From NCBI GenBank assembly GCA_034521595.1, contig JAXHMG010000003.1, positions 672,001-736,000 of the forward strand: 64,000 nucleotides of DNA. Direction: 5' to 3'. The position numbers were made by a program, and so were the translations under genes. The notes below the pieces were generated by a model. That model made no database searches and had not been told where the DNA came from. It saw only the letters and a program-made list of their open reading frames with translations. Source of the DNA: Gemmatimonadota bacterium. Its GTDB lineage: Bacteria; Gemmatimonadota; Gemmatimonadetes; Longimicrobiales; Gaopeijiaceae. Below, piece after piece: positions 9,532 through 19,013 of the stretch. Position 1 is the first letter of the stretch; every line of letters starts with the position of its first letter.

Positions 9532-9669
9532 CTACATGCCGGGGTCGGGGCTGTGCTGGAGCTCACCCGGGTCGGGGCTGTGGTCCGGACCAGTGATCGA
9601 CGAGGTGGTGCAGGCGGCGGTTCCAACCGTGAGGAGAAGCACGAGGAGGGAGCGTCGTAGAGTCTTCAT
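9532..9669 (-). CDS. 45-aa secreted (lipo)peptide with tandem HSPDPG repeats (candidate signalling propeptide)
   Basis: MKTLRRSLLVLLLTVGTAAC-TTSSITGPD-HSPDPG-ELQ-HSPDPG-M; basic n-region, hydrophobic h-region, lipobox-like TAAC; AGGA about 10 nt upstream of ATG 9669. Confidence 0.75.
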   Translation of the reverse strand: MKTLRRSLLVLLLTVGTAACTTSSITGPDHSPDPGELQHSPDPGM

Positions 9670-9781
9670 TCGAGACAATCCTGAATCTGGAGTGGGCCCG
9701 GTGTGAGGGCAGTTCGTTCTTCCGCTTGATTCAAGTTTTCTCGACCCTGGACTGCGGAAGGTACCTTTTTGCTTCCAAGGT

Positions 9782-10600
9782 ATGTCTTTTACGAAGATCA
9801 TGGCCCTTATCGCGATGTTGACACGGGTGCGCGAGACGAACGAAGCTGTGACCCACGTGCTCGGCCGGGAGCACGAGATCGTCCGGGCGGCCACTTGGTC
9901 GAGGCTGGTCTGGTCGCTTCATGAGCGTCCGGTCACGGTTGCCGTGCTCGACGGTGCGGCGCTCGCTCGCATCCATCCCGAACGGGCGATCGTGGAGCTT
10001 CGGCGACGATATCCGAGCCTGGGGATCGTTGTCTTGGCCCGTGACGTGACCGACGCGGGTACGTGGTTCCGCCTTGGAAGAGCCGGGCTTTCCGACCTCG
10101 TGATTCTGCCGCTCGACGGGATGGCTCCAGCGCTGCCGAGGGCCATCCGGAACGCGCTCGACGGGAGCACGGCCTCGGTCGTGGAACGGGTCGTGAGCCC
10201 TTCGCTTCCCCGGAGGGAACGGAACGCCGTGCGCTGGACGCTCGAGGGGGTGCAGCGGGGGTGGGATACGGACGAAGTCTGCGCGCGCGCGGGGCTCACC
10301 CGACCCCACATGAGCGTCTGTCTGCGCGCGCACGGGCTCCCTTCGGTGGGACGTTTGCTGACGTGGGTCCGGATGCTCCACGCGGGGCGTTGGCTCTCTG
10401 ATCCCGGTCGCACGGGCGAGAGCGTTTCGCGGCAGCTGGGCTACGCCAACGGGGCGACGTTCAGGCGGGCTTTGAGGAACTACGTCGGGGCGACGCCGAG
10501 CGAGGTCGCGGCGCTGGGCGGCTTGCTCCCGGTGCTGGAATGCTTCGTCCAAGCATGCGATCTTGAAGTGCGGCCGCGCGCATTGAGCTCGGTCGCGTGA
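9782..10600 (+). CDS. AraC-family transcriptional regulator with N-terminal receiver-like domain
   Basis: C-terminal double HTH (..RMLHAGRWL..VSRQLGYANGATFRRALRNYVGATPSE); N-terminal VAVLD..LRRRYPSLGIVVL; start may be 9800. Confidence 0.8.
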   Translation: MSFTKIMALIAMLTRVRETNEAVTHVLGREHEIVRAATWSRLVWSLHERPVTVAVLDGAALARIHPERAIVELRRRYPSLGIVVLARDVTDAGTWFRLGRAGLSDLVILPLDGMAPALPRAIRNALDGSTASVVERVVSPSLPRRERNAVRWTLEGVQRGWDTDEVCARAGLTRPHMSVCLRAHGLPSVGRLLTWVRMLHAGRWLSDPGRTGESVSRQLGYANGATFRRALRNYVGATPSEVAALGGLLPVLECFVQACDLEVRPRALSSVA

Positions 10601-10627
10601 CGACCACGCCAGCCGGAAGGCGCAGTG

Positions 10628-10879
10628 ATGATGAGAGAGTTCACCGATCGCGAAGGACGAACGTGGACCGCCCTCGTGCGCGAGGCACCCGCGACCGATT
10701 ACAAGGGACGCTACCACCTGGTGTTGCGCCCTGCGGATGAACCGGCGCGGGAATATCCGTTGGAGGATATCCGTTGGAACAGCGAGCGGACGGGTCTGCG
10801 AACCATCGAAACCATGTCCGAGGTCGAGTTGCGCCGACGCCTCCGCTCCGCGGTCGGGCGGGGGGCGGAGGTCCGGTGA
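10628..10879 (+). CDS. Small hypothetical protein
   Basis: Compact ORF (MREFTDREGRTW..) with GGAAGG upstream and coding-like composition. Confidence 0.6.
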   Translation: MMREFTDREGRTWTALVREAPATDYKGRYHLVLRPADEPAREYPLEDIRWNSERTGLRTIETMSEVELRRRLRSAVGRGAEVR

Positions 10880-10909
10880 GGTCACCCTGAAGCGACCCCG
10901 GGACCACGC

Positions 10910-12688
10910 TCAGCCTCCTCCGACTCCGACTTCACCTTCGTTACGAGGGATGACCAACCACTGTCCCGCGAGGATGGTGTTGCGATCAACCCGTGGGTTG
11001 GCGTCGAGGAGGTCGGCGAGCGAGATGCCGTACTGGCGGGCGATGACGGTGAGGTTCTCTCCCGGGCCGATGCGGTGACGCTGCGCGCCACTGCTAGCGG
11101 GCGGTGACACTTCGCTGGCCGCGACCTGTTCGTCCGCCGCCCGGGCTTCACCGAGTCCGCGCTCGACACGGGCCAGTCGGGCGCCGATCTGGTTCTCGAC
11201 GGCTTTCGCTCTAGCCACCGAGGGTGTTCCATTGAGCATGATGGCGAACGCTAGCCGCTCGCCGTTCTGGGTACGGACGACGCCGCTGAGCGCGGAAACG
11301 CGCTCGATCGTGCCTGTTTTCGCACGCAGGTTGCCGGCGGCCGCCGTCCGGTACATGCGCGGGAGCTCACGCGCGCGTCCGGCCTCCGGGAGTGTGGCCC
11401 AGTAGGTGTTCCAATGGGGATGCTCCGCCATGCGGTCCAGGACCTCGACGAGTTGGCGCGGAGTGACCCGGTTGCCGACAGAGAGCCCCGAGCCGTCGAG
11501 GAGCTCGATTCCGGCCGTGTCGACCCCGATACGCGCCAGGGCACTCCGGACTGCCCGCGCGCTCGCGGAAGGGGAGCCGACATTCGTCTCGATCCGCCCG
11601 ATGGTTCGGAAGACCAGCTCCGCGAAGAGGTTGTGGCTCTGCTTGTTGATCACTTCCAGATACGCCCGAAGCGGATCGGACGCGTAGCGGGCCAGAACCT
11701 TCGTGCCCCGCGTGCCCGCGAACGGTGCAGACAGCCGTGGCACGCTCGAGCGCCCGGGACGGTCCACGGTTCGCACCGTGCCCGACACCTCGACGCCCCT
11801 GTCCTCGAGCGCCGCGTGGAAAACGGAGGCGGCGAATGTAGCGGGATCCGGGACGGTGAACTGTCGCCACGCGTCTCTGGCTCTGATCCCGATCGTACCC
11901 TCGACGCGAATCGGTGCGAGGGGTTCCTCCCGGAGGATCGCGACCCTTGGTCTCGCTCCAGCTACGGTTTGCGCCAGATTCGAGATATCCAACCCGGCAT
12001 GATCCGGAATCGATTGGACGCGAGGGGGGGCGCCGACCTCCGCTGCCGGGGAGATCCGCATAGAGACGACGTTCTCGTTGAACGACAGGGCCGAGATCGG
12101 CGCGGTGAAATGATCGTTGAGGTCTCGTGGGTCCCATCCCGTTGGGCGCAGTGGCCCCGGCAGAAAGGACGCATCAGCGACCAGATCCCCTCGTACTTCC
12201 CGGATACCCGAAGCCTCGAGTTGGTCGAGCAACTCCTGGAACACGGCATCCCTTCGGTGGTGAAACCGGTTCGACAGGCCCGGATCCCCCGTTCCGTAGA
12301 GGATCAGGTCTCCGTCGAGCACGCCGTCCTCCCGGACCGTGCCGTCCGTCATCAAATAGGTGAGGAAGCGGTAGTCCGGTCCGAGCACCTCGAGCGCTGC
12401 CGCCGTGGTGAGGAGTTTGACGTTGGATGCTGGAGCCAGTGGAACGTCCGGGTTGACGGAATACAGGGTGTCGCCGTGGTCCATGGATACCACGAGCACA
12501 CCTCGATCCGTGTCCTGCCACGAGCGCCCCAGAAGGAGTCGATCCAAGCCCGAGCCCAGGGACTCGATCGCGGTTCCAGTGGACGGTGTGGGCTGAGCGG
12601 ACGCTGTGGTGGGAAGCCCGAGCATGCCGACGAGGGCGGCTCCGGCGAAGACGGCACGGACCCGGGGGCTCCTTGCATCACGGGTCAT
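10910..12688 (-). CDS. dacB: D-Ala-D-Ala carboxypeptidase/endopeptidase PBP4 with C-terminal LysM
   Basis: PASNVK (SxxK), SHN (SxN), AKTG, GTGDP, DGSGLS; LysM HRIGPGENLTVIARQYG..NP. Confidence 0.92.
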   Translation of the reverse strand: MTRDARSPRVRAVFAGAALVGMLGLPTTASAQPTPSTGTAIESLGSGLDRLLLGRSWQDTDRGVLVVSMDHGDTLYSVNPDVPLAPASNVKLLTTAAALEVLGPDYRFLTYLMTDGTVREDGVLDGDLILYGTGDPGLSNRFHHRRDAVFQELLDQLEASGIREVRGDLVADASFLPGPLRPTGWDPRDLNDHFTAPISALSFNENVVSMRISPAAEVGAPPRVQSIPDHAGLDISNLAQTVAGARPRVAILREEPLAPIRVEGTIGIRARDAWRQFTVPDPATFAASVFHAALEDRGVEVSGTVRTVDRPGRSSVPRLSAPFAGTRGTKVLARYASDPLRAYLEVINKQSHNLFAELVFRTIGRIETNVGSPSASARAVRSALARIGVDTAGIELLDGSGLSVGNRVTPRQLVEVLDRMAEHPHWNTYWATLPEAGRARELPRMYRTAAAGNLRAKTGTIERVSALSGVVRTQNGERLAFAIMLNGTPSVARAKAVENQIGARLARVERGLGEARAADEQVAASEVSPPASSGAQRHRIGPGENLTVIARQYGISLADLLDANPRVDRNTILAGQWLVIPRNEGEVGVGGG

Positions 12689-12716
12689 CGGGGTACCCGT
12701 ATGTCGCGAGGGCCGG

Positions 12717-13208
12717 TCAGGCGCTCAGAGGGGTGTGCCCCCCCTCCGGTAGGCAATCCGCGCAATAGCCGGAAAGCTCGAAGCGATATCCGACGACGGT
12801 GAAGCTTCCGGCTCGCTCTCGTAGCTCCTCGAGCTCTCTTTTCGGCAACTCTCCGGGCAGGTCACGCACCTTGCCGCACGCGAGACAGCGGGCGTGATGG
12901 TGCGGGTCGGTGCGACCGTCGTAGCGGGAAGAGTCGTCGGTGTAGTTGAGCTTCAGGGCGAGGCCGCACCCCACCAAGGTTTCCAGGCTCTTGTAGACCG
13001 TGGCCAACGAGATGGTGGGAAGCTCGCCGCGCACGGCCACGAGCACTTCGTCCGCGGTCGGATGCGTGTCGGTGCTGACGAGATAGCGGTACACGGCGGC
13101 ACGCTGTTCCGTGAACCGCTGGCCGCTGGCCTCGAGTGCTTCGCGAAGCTGTGCTTCGCTGGTCTCGGGACTAGTGTCGATGTTCTGTTCGTCCTTCATC
13201 CGCTGCAC
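12717..13208 (-). CDS. Fur-family regulator (PerR-like)
   Basis: HPTADEV, SLATVYKSL, HHHARCLACG, CADC; start may be 13199. Confidence 0.9.
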   Translation of the reverse strand: MQRMKDEQNIDTSPETSEAQLREALEASGQRFTEQRAAVYRYLVSTDTHPTADEVLVAVRGELPTISLATVYKSLETLVGCGLALKLNYTDDSSRYDGRTDPHHHARCLACGKVRDLPGELPKRELEELRERAGSFTVVGYRFELSGYCADCLPEGGHTPLSA

Positions 13209-13234
13209 CCTCGTAACCGGAGCTGGCTGATTGT

Positions 13235-13264
13235 AGTGTACACGGATTCGAGACTGGGTGTCAA
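13235..13264 (-). promoter_or_regulatory. Sigma70-type promoter of the fur/perR-dacB unit
   Basis: Minus strand reads TTGACA-N18-TACACT. Confidence 0.65.
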
Positions 13265-13319
13265 CCGAACCGAGCTTTGCGCCGAAGCGCGGAAATGCCG
13301 TCGATAAGCGAATTTAACC

Positions 13320-13877
13320 ATGAACGACCACGATGTTCCCATCCTGACGCTCGAGCCTCTGATCCAGGCGGTTCGGACTGGATTGGAGGGCTCCGGGTGG
13401 ACGCTCTCGGGCCTGCAGAAGACCACCAGCCACGAGTTCGAGGGACGGTGGGCCGGGGAATCCACCCGAAGCGCCTACTTGTTCTTCCACCGGGACGAGC
13501 GTGAAGAGCCGGTCGAGATCGACGTGTACCTCGACGAAACGAGCCGGGGACTCACCGGGACCCTCGCGTTGGTGGTGGATCTCCGTGACCTCGGGGAGGC
13601 AGGGCCCGTCCCCGAGTTGCTCGAGCGGCTCGCGACCCTGGCGGCCGAGCGTCTTCCACGGGGATGCCGGACACCCTTGTCCCTGCGCTTCGGACTGCCT
13701 GATCGGGGGGTGGGGGTCGGTGCCGCCGAGACGGAAGTCCGTTTCAAGCTGCGGATACCTCGCCGATCCATCGAGGAGGGGGCTGCTGCCGTGGTCGACC
13801 TTACGGGGGGTACGGTGTCCGCCTTCGAGCGTCTCCTGGACGAGCCGGAGCTCCATGCGGTGATGGCTCCGGTCTGA
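13320..13877 (+). CDS. Hypothetical protein
   Basis: 185-aa ORF with protein-like composition, divergent from the Fur gene. Confidence 0.65.
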   Translation: MNDHDVPILTLEPLIQAVRTGLEGSGWTLSGLQKTTSHEFEGRWAGESTRSAYLFFHRDEREEPVEIDVYLDETSRGLTGTLALVVDLRDLGEAGPVPELLERLATLAAERLPRGCRTPLSLRFGLPDRGVGVGAAETEVRFKLRIPRRSIEEGAAAVVDLTGGTVSAFERLLDEPELHAVMAPV

Positions 13878-14013
13878 ATCCTCCTGCCAAGGGCCACATG
13901 CCCCGGATTGCGGCGCGCTCCCTTGCCGATCGGTCCATTGCCCGCAGATTGGGCGGAGTCAGCCGGTTCCGATGGGGACCGGGCAGTTGTGCTCCACATC
14001 CGCGAGGCGTTCG

Positions 14014-15972
14014 ATGAGTGAAGATTCCGCATCCCTCGACGACCTGCTGCACGAGAATCGGCGCTTTCCACCTCCGGAGTCGTTCGCGCATGGAGCCGTG
14101 CTTGCCGACCCCGAGGTGTATGAGCGGGCGGAGCGCGACAGGGAGGCGTATTGGGCCGGGTGGGCTTCGGAGCTCGAGTGGGCCGAACCGTGGGAAACAG
14201 TCCTCGAGTGGACGCCACCCCACGCGAAGTGGTTCGTGGGCGGCAAGCTCAACGTCGCGCGCAACTGTCTGGACCGGCACGTGGACGCGGGCAAGGGTGA
14301 GCGAACCGCGCTGCTTTGGGAAGGCGAGCCCGGCGACCGGCGGAGCTACACCTATCGCGAGCTCCTCGACGAGGTGTGCCGGCTCGCGAACGCGCTTGCC
14401 GAGCTAGGGGTCGGCAAGGGCGACCGGGTGACCATCTACCTCCCGATGATCCCGGAAGCGGCCGTCGCCATGCTCGCGTGCGCGAGGATCGGTGCGATCC
14501 ATTCCGTCGTATTCGGTGGCTTCAGCCCCCATGCTCTCGCCGACCGAAACAACGACGCCGACGCGAAGGTGCTGATCACGGCCGACGGCGGTTGGCGACG
14601 TGGCGAGATCGTGTCCCTGAAGGACAACGCGGACAAGGCACTCGAGACGTCGCCTACCGTTCAACACGTGGTGGTGGTGCACCGGGGCGGAGAGCTCTCG
14701 GAGCAGTCCGCACCCGCGATGGAGGCGGGCCGCGACCACTGGTACGGAGATTTGATCGAGAAGGCTTCGGCCGAGCACGCGGCGCCACCGATGGATGCGG
14801 AGGATCCGCTGTACATCCTGTACACCTCGGGCACGACCGGTAAGCCGAAGGGTGTCGTACATACCACGGGCGGCTATCTGACGCAGGTCTACGCCACCAC
14901 GAAGGCCGTCTTCGATCTGCGCGACGACGACGTCTATTGGTGCACGGCCGACGTCGGGTGGGTGACCGGGCACAGCTACATCGTCTACGGACCACTGGCG
15001 AACGCGGCCACCGTGGTCATGTACGAGGGCGCCCCCGACTGGCCGAACCGAGGGCGGTTCTGGGAGATCTGCGAGCGCTACGGGGTCACGATCTTTTACA
15101 CGGCACCCACCGCGATTCGGGCGTTCATGCGGTGGGGCGAGTCCTGGCCGGCGAAGTTCGATCTAGGGTCCCTCCGCCTGCTGGGCACCGTGGGTGAGCC
15201 GATCAACCCCGAGGCGTGGATGTGGTATCACCGGGTGATCGGCGGCGAACGCTGTCCAATCGTGGACACGTGGTGGCAGACCGAGACCGGGGCGATCATG
15301 ATCACCCCGCTCCCCGCGCTCACCGAAGCCAAGCCGGGCACGGCCACCAAGCCCTTTCCGGGGATCGAAGCGACGATCCTCACCGATGCAGGAGAGGAGA
15401 GCAACGCAGGGTATCTCGCCATCACGTCACCGTGGCCGTCGATGCTTCGCACGATCTGGGGAGACGACGAGCGTTACCGTGCGACGTACTGGGCGAAGTG
15501 GCCCGACACGTATTTTCCTGGCGACGGAGCCAAGCGCGACGCCGACGGATATTTCTGGATCCTCGGTCGTGTGGACGACGTCCTCAACGTGGCGGGACAC
15601 CGCATCGGCACCATGGAGGTGGAGAGCGCGCTGGTCGATCATCCGGCCGTGGTGGAAGCGGCCGTGGTCGGCAAGAAGCATGAGGTGAAGGGGCAGTCGA
15701 TCGCCGCGTTCGTGACGCTCGGTGAAGACCATGAGCCATCCGACGCCCTGACCCGGGAGGTCAGGGACCACGTCGGTACGATGATCGGCGCGATCGCGAA
15801 GCCCGAGATCGTGGTGTTCACGGCGGATCTGCCGAAGACACGGTCGGGCAAGATCATGCGACGGTTGTTGCGCGACATCGCCGACGGCCACGTGGTGGGC
15901 GACACGACGACTCTGGCGGACCCGGCGGTCGTGGAGCGGGTCAAGGCGCATTACGAAGAAGACGGGGTCTGA
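14014..15972 (+). CDS. acs: Acetyl-CoA synthetase (AMP-forming)
   Basis: [46 protein letters not shown]. Confidence 0.96.
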   Translation: MSEDSASLDDLLHENRRFPPPESFAHGAVLADPEVYERAERDREAYWAGWASELEWAEPWETVLEWTPPHAKWFVGGKLNVARNCLDRHVDAGKGERTALLWEGEPGDRRSYTYRELLDEVCRLANALAELGVGKGDRVTIYLPMIPEAAVAMLACARIGAIHSVVFGGFSPHALADRNNDADAKVLITADGGWRRGEIVSLKDNADKALETSPTVQHVVVVHRGGELSEQSAPAMEAGRDHWYGDLIEKASAEHAAPPMDAEDPLYILYTSGTTGKPKGVVHTTGGYLTQVYATTKAVFDLRDDDVYWCTADVGWVTGHSYIVYGPLANAATVVMYEGAPDWPNRGRFWEICERYGVTIFYTAPTAIRAFMRWGESWPAKFDLGSLRLLGTVGEPINPEAWMWYHRVIGGERCPIVDTWWQTETGAIMITPLPALTEAKPGTATKPFPGIEATILTDAGEESNAGYLAITSPWPSMLRTIWGDDERYRATYWAKWPDTYFPGDGAKRDADGYFWILGRVDDVLNVAGHRIGTMEVESALVDHPAVVEAAVVGKKHEVKGQSIAAFVTLGEDHEPSDALTREVRDHVGTMIGAIAKPEIVVFTADLPKTRSGKIMRRLLRDIADGHVVGDTTTLADPAVVERVKAHYEEDGV

Positions 15973-15977
15973 CGGCC

Positions 15978-16015
15978 GGCGGAGGGGAGCACCGCGCCGG
16001 GGCCAGCCCTCCGCC
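15978..16015. terminator. Hairpin between convergent genes
   Basis: GGCGGAGGG..CCCTCCGCC inverted repeat; no U-tract. Confidence 0.4.
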
Positions 16016-16837
16016 TCAATCCGCCAGCGGGTCGGGCGTCGATGGGGCCTTGTCGGCCCGCTGCTCCGGCGGCTTCTCCTTGATCTGGCGAGCGGGTACG
16101 CCGACGTAAACCCAGTGTGGCTCGGTATCCCTGGTCAGGATCGAGCCCGCTCCCACCATGGAATCTTCCGCGACCGTAGTGCCTGCCAGGATGGTGGCGT
16201 GATAGGTGATGCGAGCCCCGGGACCGATGCGCGTCCAGGGAAGGTGCACCATCCGCCCGTCCACGATGTCGTGCGAGTGGGAATAGACGTTCGCGAAGTC
16301 CGATACGGAGGCACCCCTTCCGATCTCGATCCCTCCCCGATCGTCCAGGAGCACGTGCCGATGGATCACGACGCCGTCGTCCACGTGGAGGTTGTAGCCG
16401 AAGGAGACACGCACGTGGCAGAATGCCTTGAAGTTCTTGCCGCAGCTGCCGAACACGTGCCGGGCCAGAATCCTTCGGAAGCGCACGCCCAGAGCGACAT
16501 TCTCACCGAGCGGACTACGGTCGAACATCTCCCACAGCCAGATCAGCGGCTTGCGCGGCGTGTACCGCTCGAGGTCGATATCCTCGTAGTACTCGGGCTC
16601 CAAGGTGATGTTGCGAGGATCCATCTGGCTGAGGGCTACCCGGGCTCCGAGCGACAACTCGTTCGGGTCCGCGTTCCGTAGCTCGGGGTAGTAGATACTC
16701 GTCAGCACGTCGCGGCAAAGCTCGTTCCGGTCACAATCGGGATCGTCGAGCGCGTCCGAGATGCTGCCGAGCCAGGAGTCGTAGAGCTCCTCGGCTTCCT
16801 GGGAAACCGGGACGGGGCGCAGAGGATGAAAGGGCAT
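16016..16837 (-). CDS. Left-handed beta-helix (hexapeptide) acyltransferase
   Basis: GGIEIGRGASV, TRIGPGARITYHATILAG, VGAGSIL..GVPAR. Confidence 0.85.
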   Translation of the reverse strand: MPFHPLRPVPVSQEAEELYDSWLGSISDALDDPDCDRNELCRDVLTSIYYPELRNADPNELSLGARVALSQMDPRNITLEPEYYEDIDLERYTPRKPLIWLWEMFDRSPLGENVALGVRFRRILARHVFGSCGKNFKAFCHVRVSFGYNLHVDDGVVIHRHVLLDDRGGIEIGRGASVSDFANVYSHSHDIVDGRMVHLPWTRIGPGARITYHATILAGTTVAEDSMVGAGSILTRDTEPHWVYVGVPARQIKEKPPEQRADKAPSTPDPLAD

Positions 16838-16975
16838 GGCAATGAGCTTGAAGTGGTTTCGTGATCGGGGGAGCTCGCCCTCCGAGGCGTCGCTTCAGCC
16901 GGCCCGGTGCGAGGGCGGGCCGCGTCGATTAGACTTGAGCGGCCTCGAAGTTCCCTTCAAAGGTCGAGCGATTCG

Positions 16976-17389
16976 ATGCACGATGTCCTCAGGCAGCGCC
17001 TCCTCCGTCGTATCGAGAGCCTGCCCGACGCGCAGATCTACCAAGTGCTCGACTATGTCGAATTCCTCGAGTCGAAGTACGTCGACGCGGCCCCCGCCCA
17101 GACCACCGGCTTGCAGAAGTTCGCCGAAGGTCTGGAGGACAAGCTGAGGAAGAAGGCGGTGAGCCCGAGCACGATTCGCGAGGCATTCCAGCTGATCGCC
17201 GCGGCGGATCGCGTGCTCTCGGATGTTTCGTCCGCCGGAAAGCAGATCCTGGAGGACCTGAACGAGCCTCCGGGAACGAACGAGATCCCGGAACGGGAGG
17301 GCCCCGCGGAGCACGGTGAGCTACCGGGAAGGGCAAGGGGCACGGAGGACGCGGCCTCCCCGGACGACCCGAGCGAGCCTTCCCGTTGA
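16976..17389 (+). CDS. Hypothetical protein (DUF2281-like N-terminus)
   Basis: LLRRIESLPDAQIYQVLDYVEFLESKY. Confidence 0.6.
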   Translation: MHDVLRQRLLRRIESLPDAQIYQVLDYVEFLESKYVDAAPAQTTGLQKFAEGLEDKLRKKAVSPSTIREAFQLIAAADRVLSDVSSAGKQILEDLNEPPGTNEIPEREGPAEHGELPGRARGTEDAASPDDPSEPSR

Positions 17390-17414
17390 CGCTCGGGAAG
17401 GCTCGGCCTATCCT
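17386..17414 (+). promoter_or_regulatory. Sigma70-type promoter upstream of guaB
   Basis: TTGACG-N17-TATCCT. Confidence 0.55.
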
Positions 17415-17527
17415 CTCCCATGAAACCGATACGAAAGACGCTTTACGTGAACGCCCGTCCTCGCCCGTGCCGCTTCGGTGGCCTGCGCGGAGGCGGGCGT
17501 TCGCCGTTCTGCGAGGTCGAATAATTG

Positions 17528-19006
17528 ATGAGTGATCAGGCTCCGGGTAGGTCGAAGATCGTCCAGGAAGGGCTCACGTTCGACGACGTGCTCCTCATTC
17601 CGGGTCATTCCGTGGTGCATCCGAAGGACACGGACGTATCGTCCCTGGTGACCCGGGGCATCAGGCTGAACATACCCTTGCTCGCCGCGGCCATGGACAC
17701 GGTGACCGAGTCCGCAATGGCCATCCAAATGGCCCGCGAAGGTGGGATGGGCGTGGTTCACAAGAACCTTCCGGCCGAACGGCAGGCGGAAGAGATCGAC
17801 CGGGTCAAGCGCTCCGAGAGTGGGATGATCCTGAATCCCATCACGCTCGACTCCGATGCCCGGCTTCAGGATGCCCATGACCTCATGGCCCGGTTTTCGA
17901 TCAGTGGCGTCCCGATCGTGGAAGGTGAAGGACGTCTGGTCGGCATCATCACGAATCGCGACATGCAGTTCGAGGTCGATCTTTCGCGATCCATCGCCGA
18001 CGTGATGACGTCCGAGAACCTCGTTACCGTGCCGGTCGGAACGACGCTCGAGGAGGCGCAGGCGATCCTTCACCGGCATCGGATCGAAAAGCTTCCCGTC
18101 GTGGACGAGAACGGGAAGTTGCGCGGCCTGATCACGGTCAAGGACATCTTCAAGCGCCGGAAGTACCCGGACGCGTGCAAGGACGAACACGGGCGACTGC
18201 GGGTAGGGGGAGCCGTCGGTGCCTCCAATGCCGACATGGACCGGGCGGCGCTGCTCGTGGACGCCGGAGTGGACATGCTGGTCGTGGACACCGCGCACGG
18301 CCACTCCGAGGGGGTCCTCAAAGCGGTGGCACGGGTCCGAGAGCGGTTTCCCGACATTCAGCTCGTCGGGGGAAACGTGGGAACCGTCGCAGGAGCCAAG
18401 GCGTTGGTGGAGCGTGGTGTCGACGCCGTCAAGGTCGGGGTCGGACCGGGATCGATCTGTACGACCCGGATCGTGACGGGGGTCGGGCTCCCACAGATCA
18501 CGGCGATCATGGATGCGGTGCAGGGCGTCGACGAGGCCGTTCCGGTCATCGCGGACGGCGGCATCCGCTTTTCCGGGGATATCGTCAAGGCGCTGGCCGC
18601 AGGGGCGCATTGCGTCATGATGGGATCGATGTTCGCGGGCACGGATGAAGCGCCCGGCGAAAGCTTTCTCCTGGAGGGGAGACGCTTCAAGACCGTTCGC
18701 GGAATGGGTTCTTTGTCGGCCATGGAGGAAGGGTCGGCCGACCGGTACTTTCAGGAAAGCTCGGCGGACAAGGCCAAGCTCGTTCCGGAAGGGATCGAAG
18801 CGAGGGTCCCCTACAAGGGTCCGGTATCGGATACGATCTATCAGCTGCTCGGGGGCCTGCGAAGTGGCATGGGGTACTGTGGCGCCGGAACACTCGCCGA
18901 GCTCCGTGACGATGCCCGCTTCAACAGAGTCACCATGGGCGGCCTTCGTGAGTCGCATCCGCACGATGTGACCATCACTCGTGAGGCACCGAACTACCGC
19001 CTCTGA
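17528..19006 (+). CDS. guaB: IMP dehydrogenase with CBS pair
   Basis: [40 protein letters not shown]. Confidence 0.97.
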   Translation: MSDQAPGRSKIVQEGLTFDDVLLIPGHSVVHPKDTDVSSLVTRGIRLNIPLLAAAMDTVTESAMAIQMAREGGMGVVHKNLPAERQAEEIDRVKRSESGMILNPITLDSDARLQDAHDLMARFSISGVPIVEGEGRLVGIITNRDMQFEVDLSRSIADVMTSENLVTVPVGTTLEEAQAILHRHRIEKLPVVDENGKLRGLITVKDIFKRRKYPDACKDEHGRLRVGGAVGASNADMDRAALLVDAGVDMLVVDTAHGHSEGVLKAVARVRERFPDIQLVGGNVGTVAGAKALVERGVDAVKVGVGPGSICTTRIVTGVGLPQITAIMDAVQGVDEAVPVIADGGIRFSGDIVKALAAGAHCVMMGSMFAGTDEAPGESFLLEGRRFKTVRGMGSLSAMEEGSADRYFQESSADKAKLVPEGIEARVPYKGPVSDTIYQLLGGLRSGMGYCGAGTLAELRDDARFNRVTMGGLRESHPHDVTITREAPNYRL

Positions 19007-19013
19007 TTCGCGC

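Noticed and set aside
9515-9706. Plus-strand 63-aa ORF overlapping the TPR stop (TGATG) with PGSGL repeats
   Set aside because: It is the antisense of the peptide gene, and its repeats mirror HSPDPG. The minus-strand reading has an RBS, signal peptide and lipobox. Not fully excluded without expression data.
9760-9772. Sigma54-like GGTACCTTTTTGC upstream of the AraC gene
   Set aside because: Spacing is GG-N9-GC rather than the required N10.
17408-18964. Long antisense ORFs (also 11414-12802, 25658-27322, 29910-31472, 36416-37756, 62511-63803 and others)
   Set aside because: Shadow frames opposite well-supported genes, as expected at high GC; no recognisable motifs.
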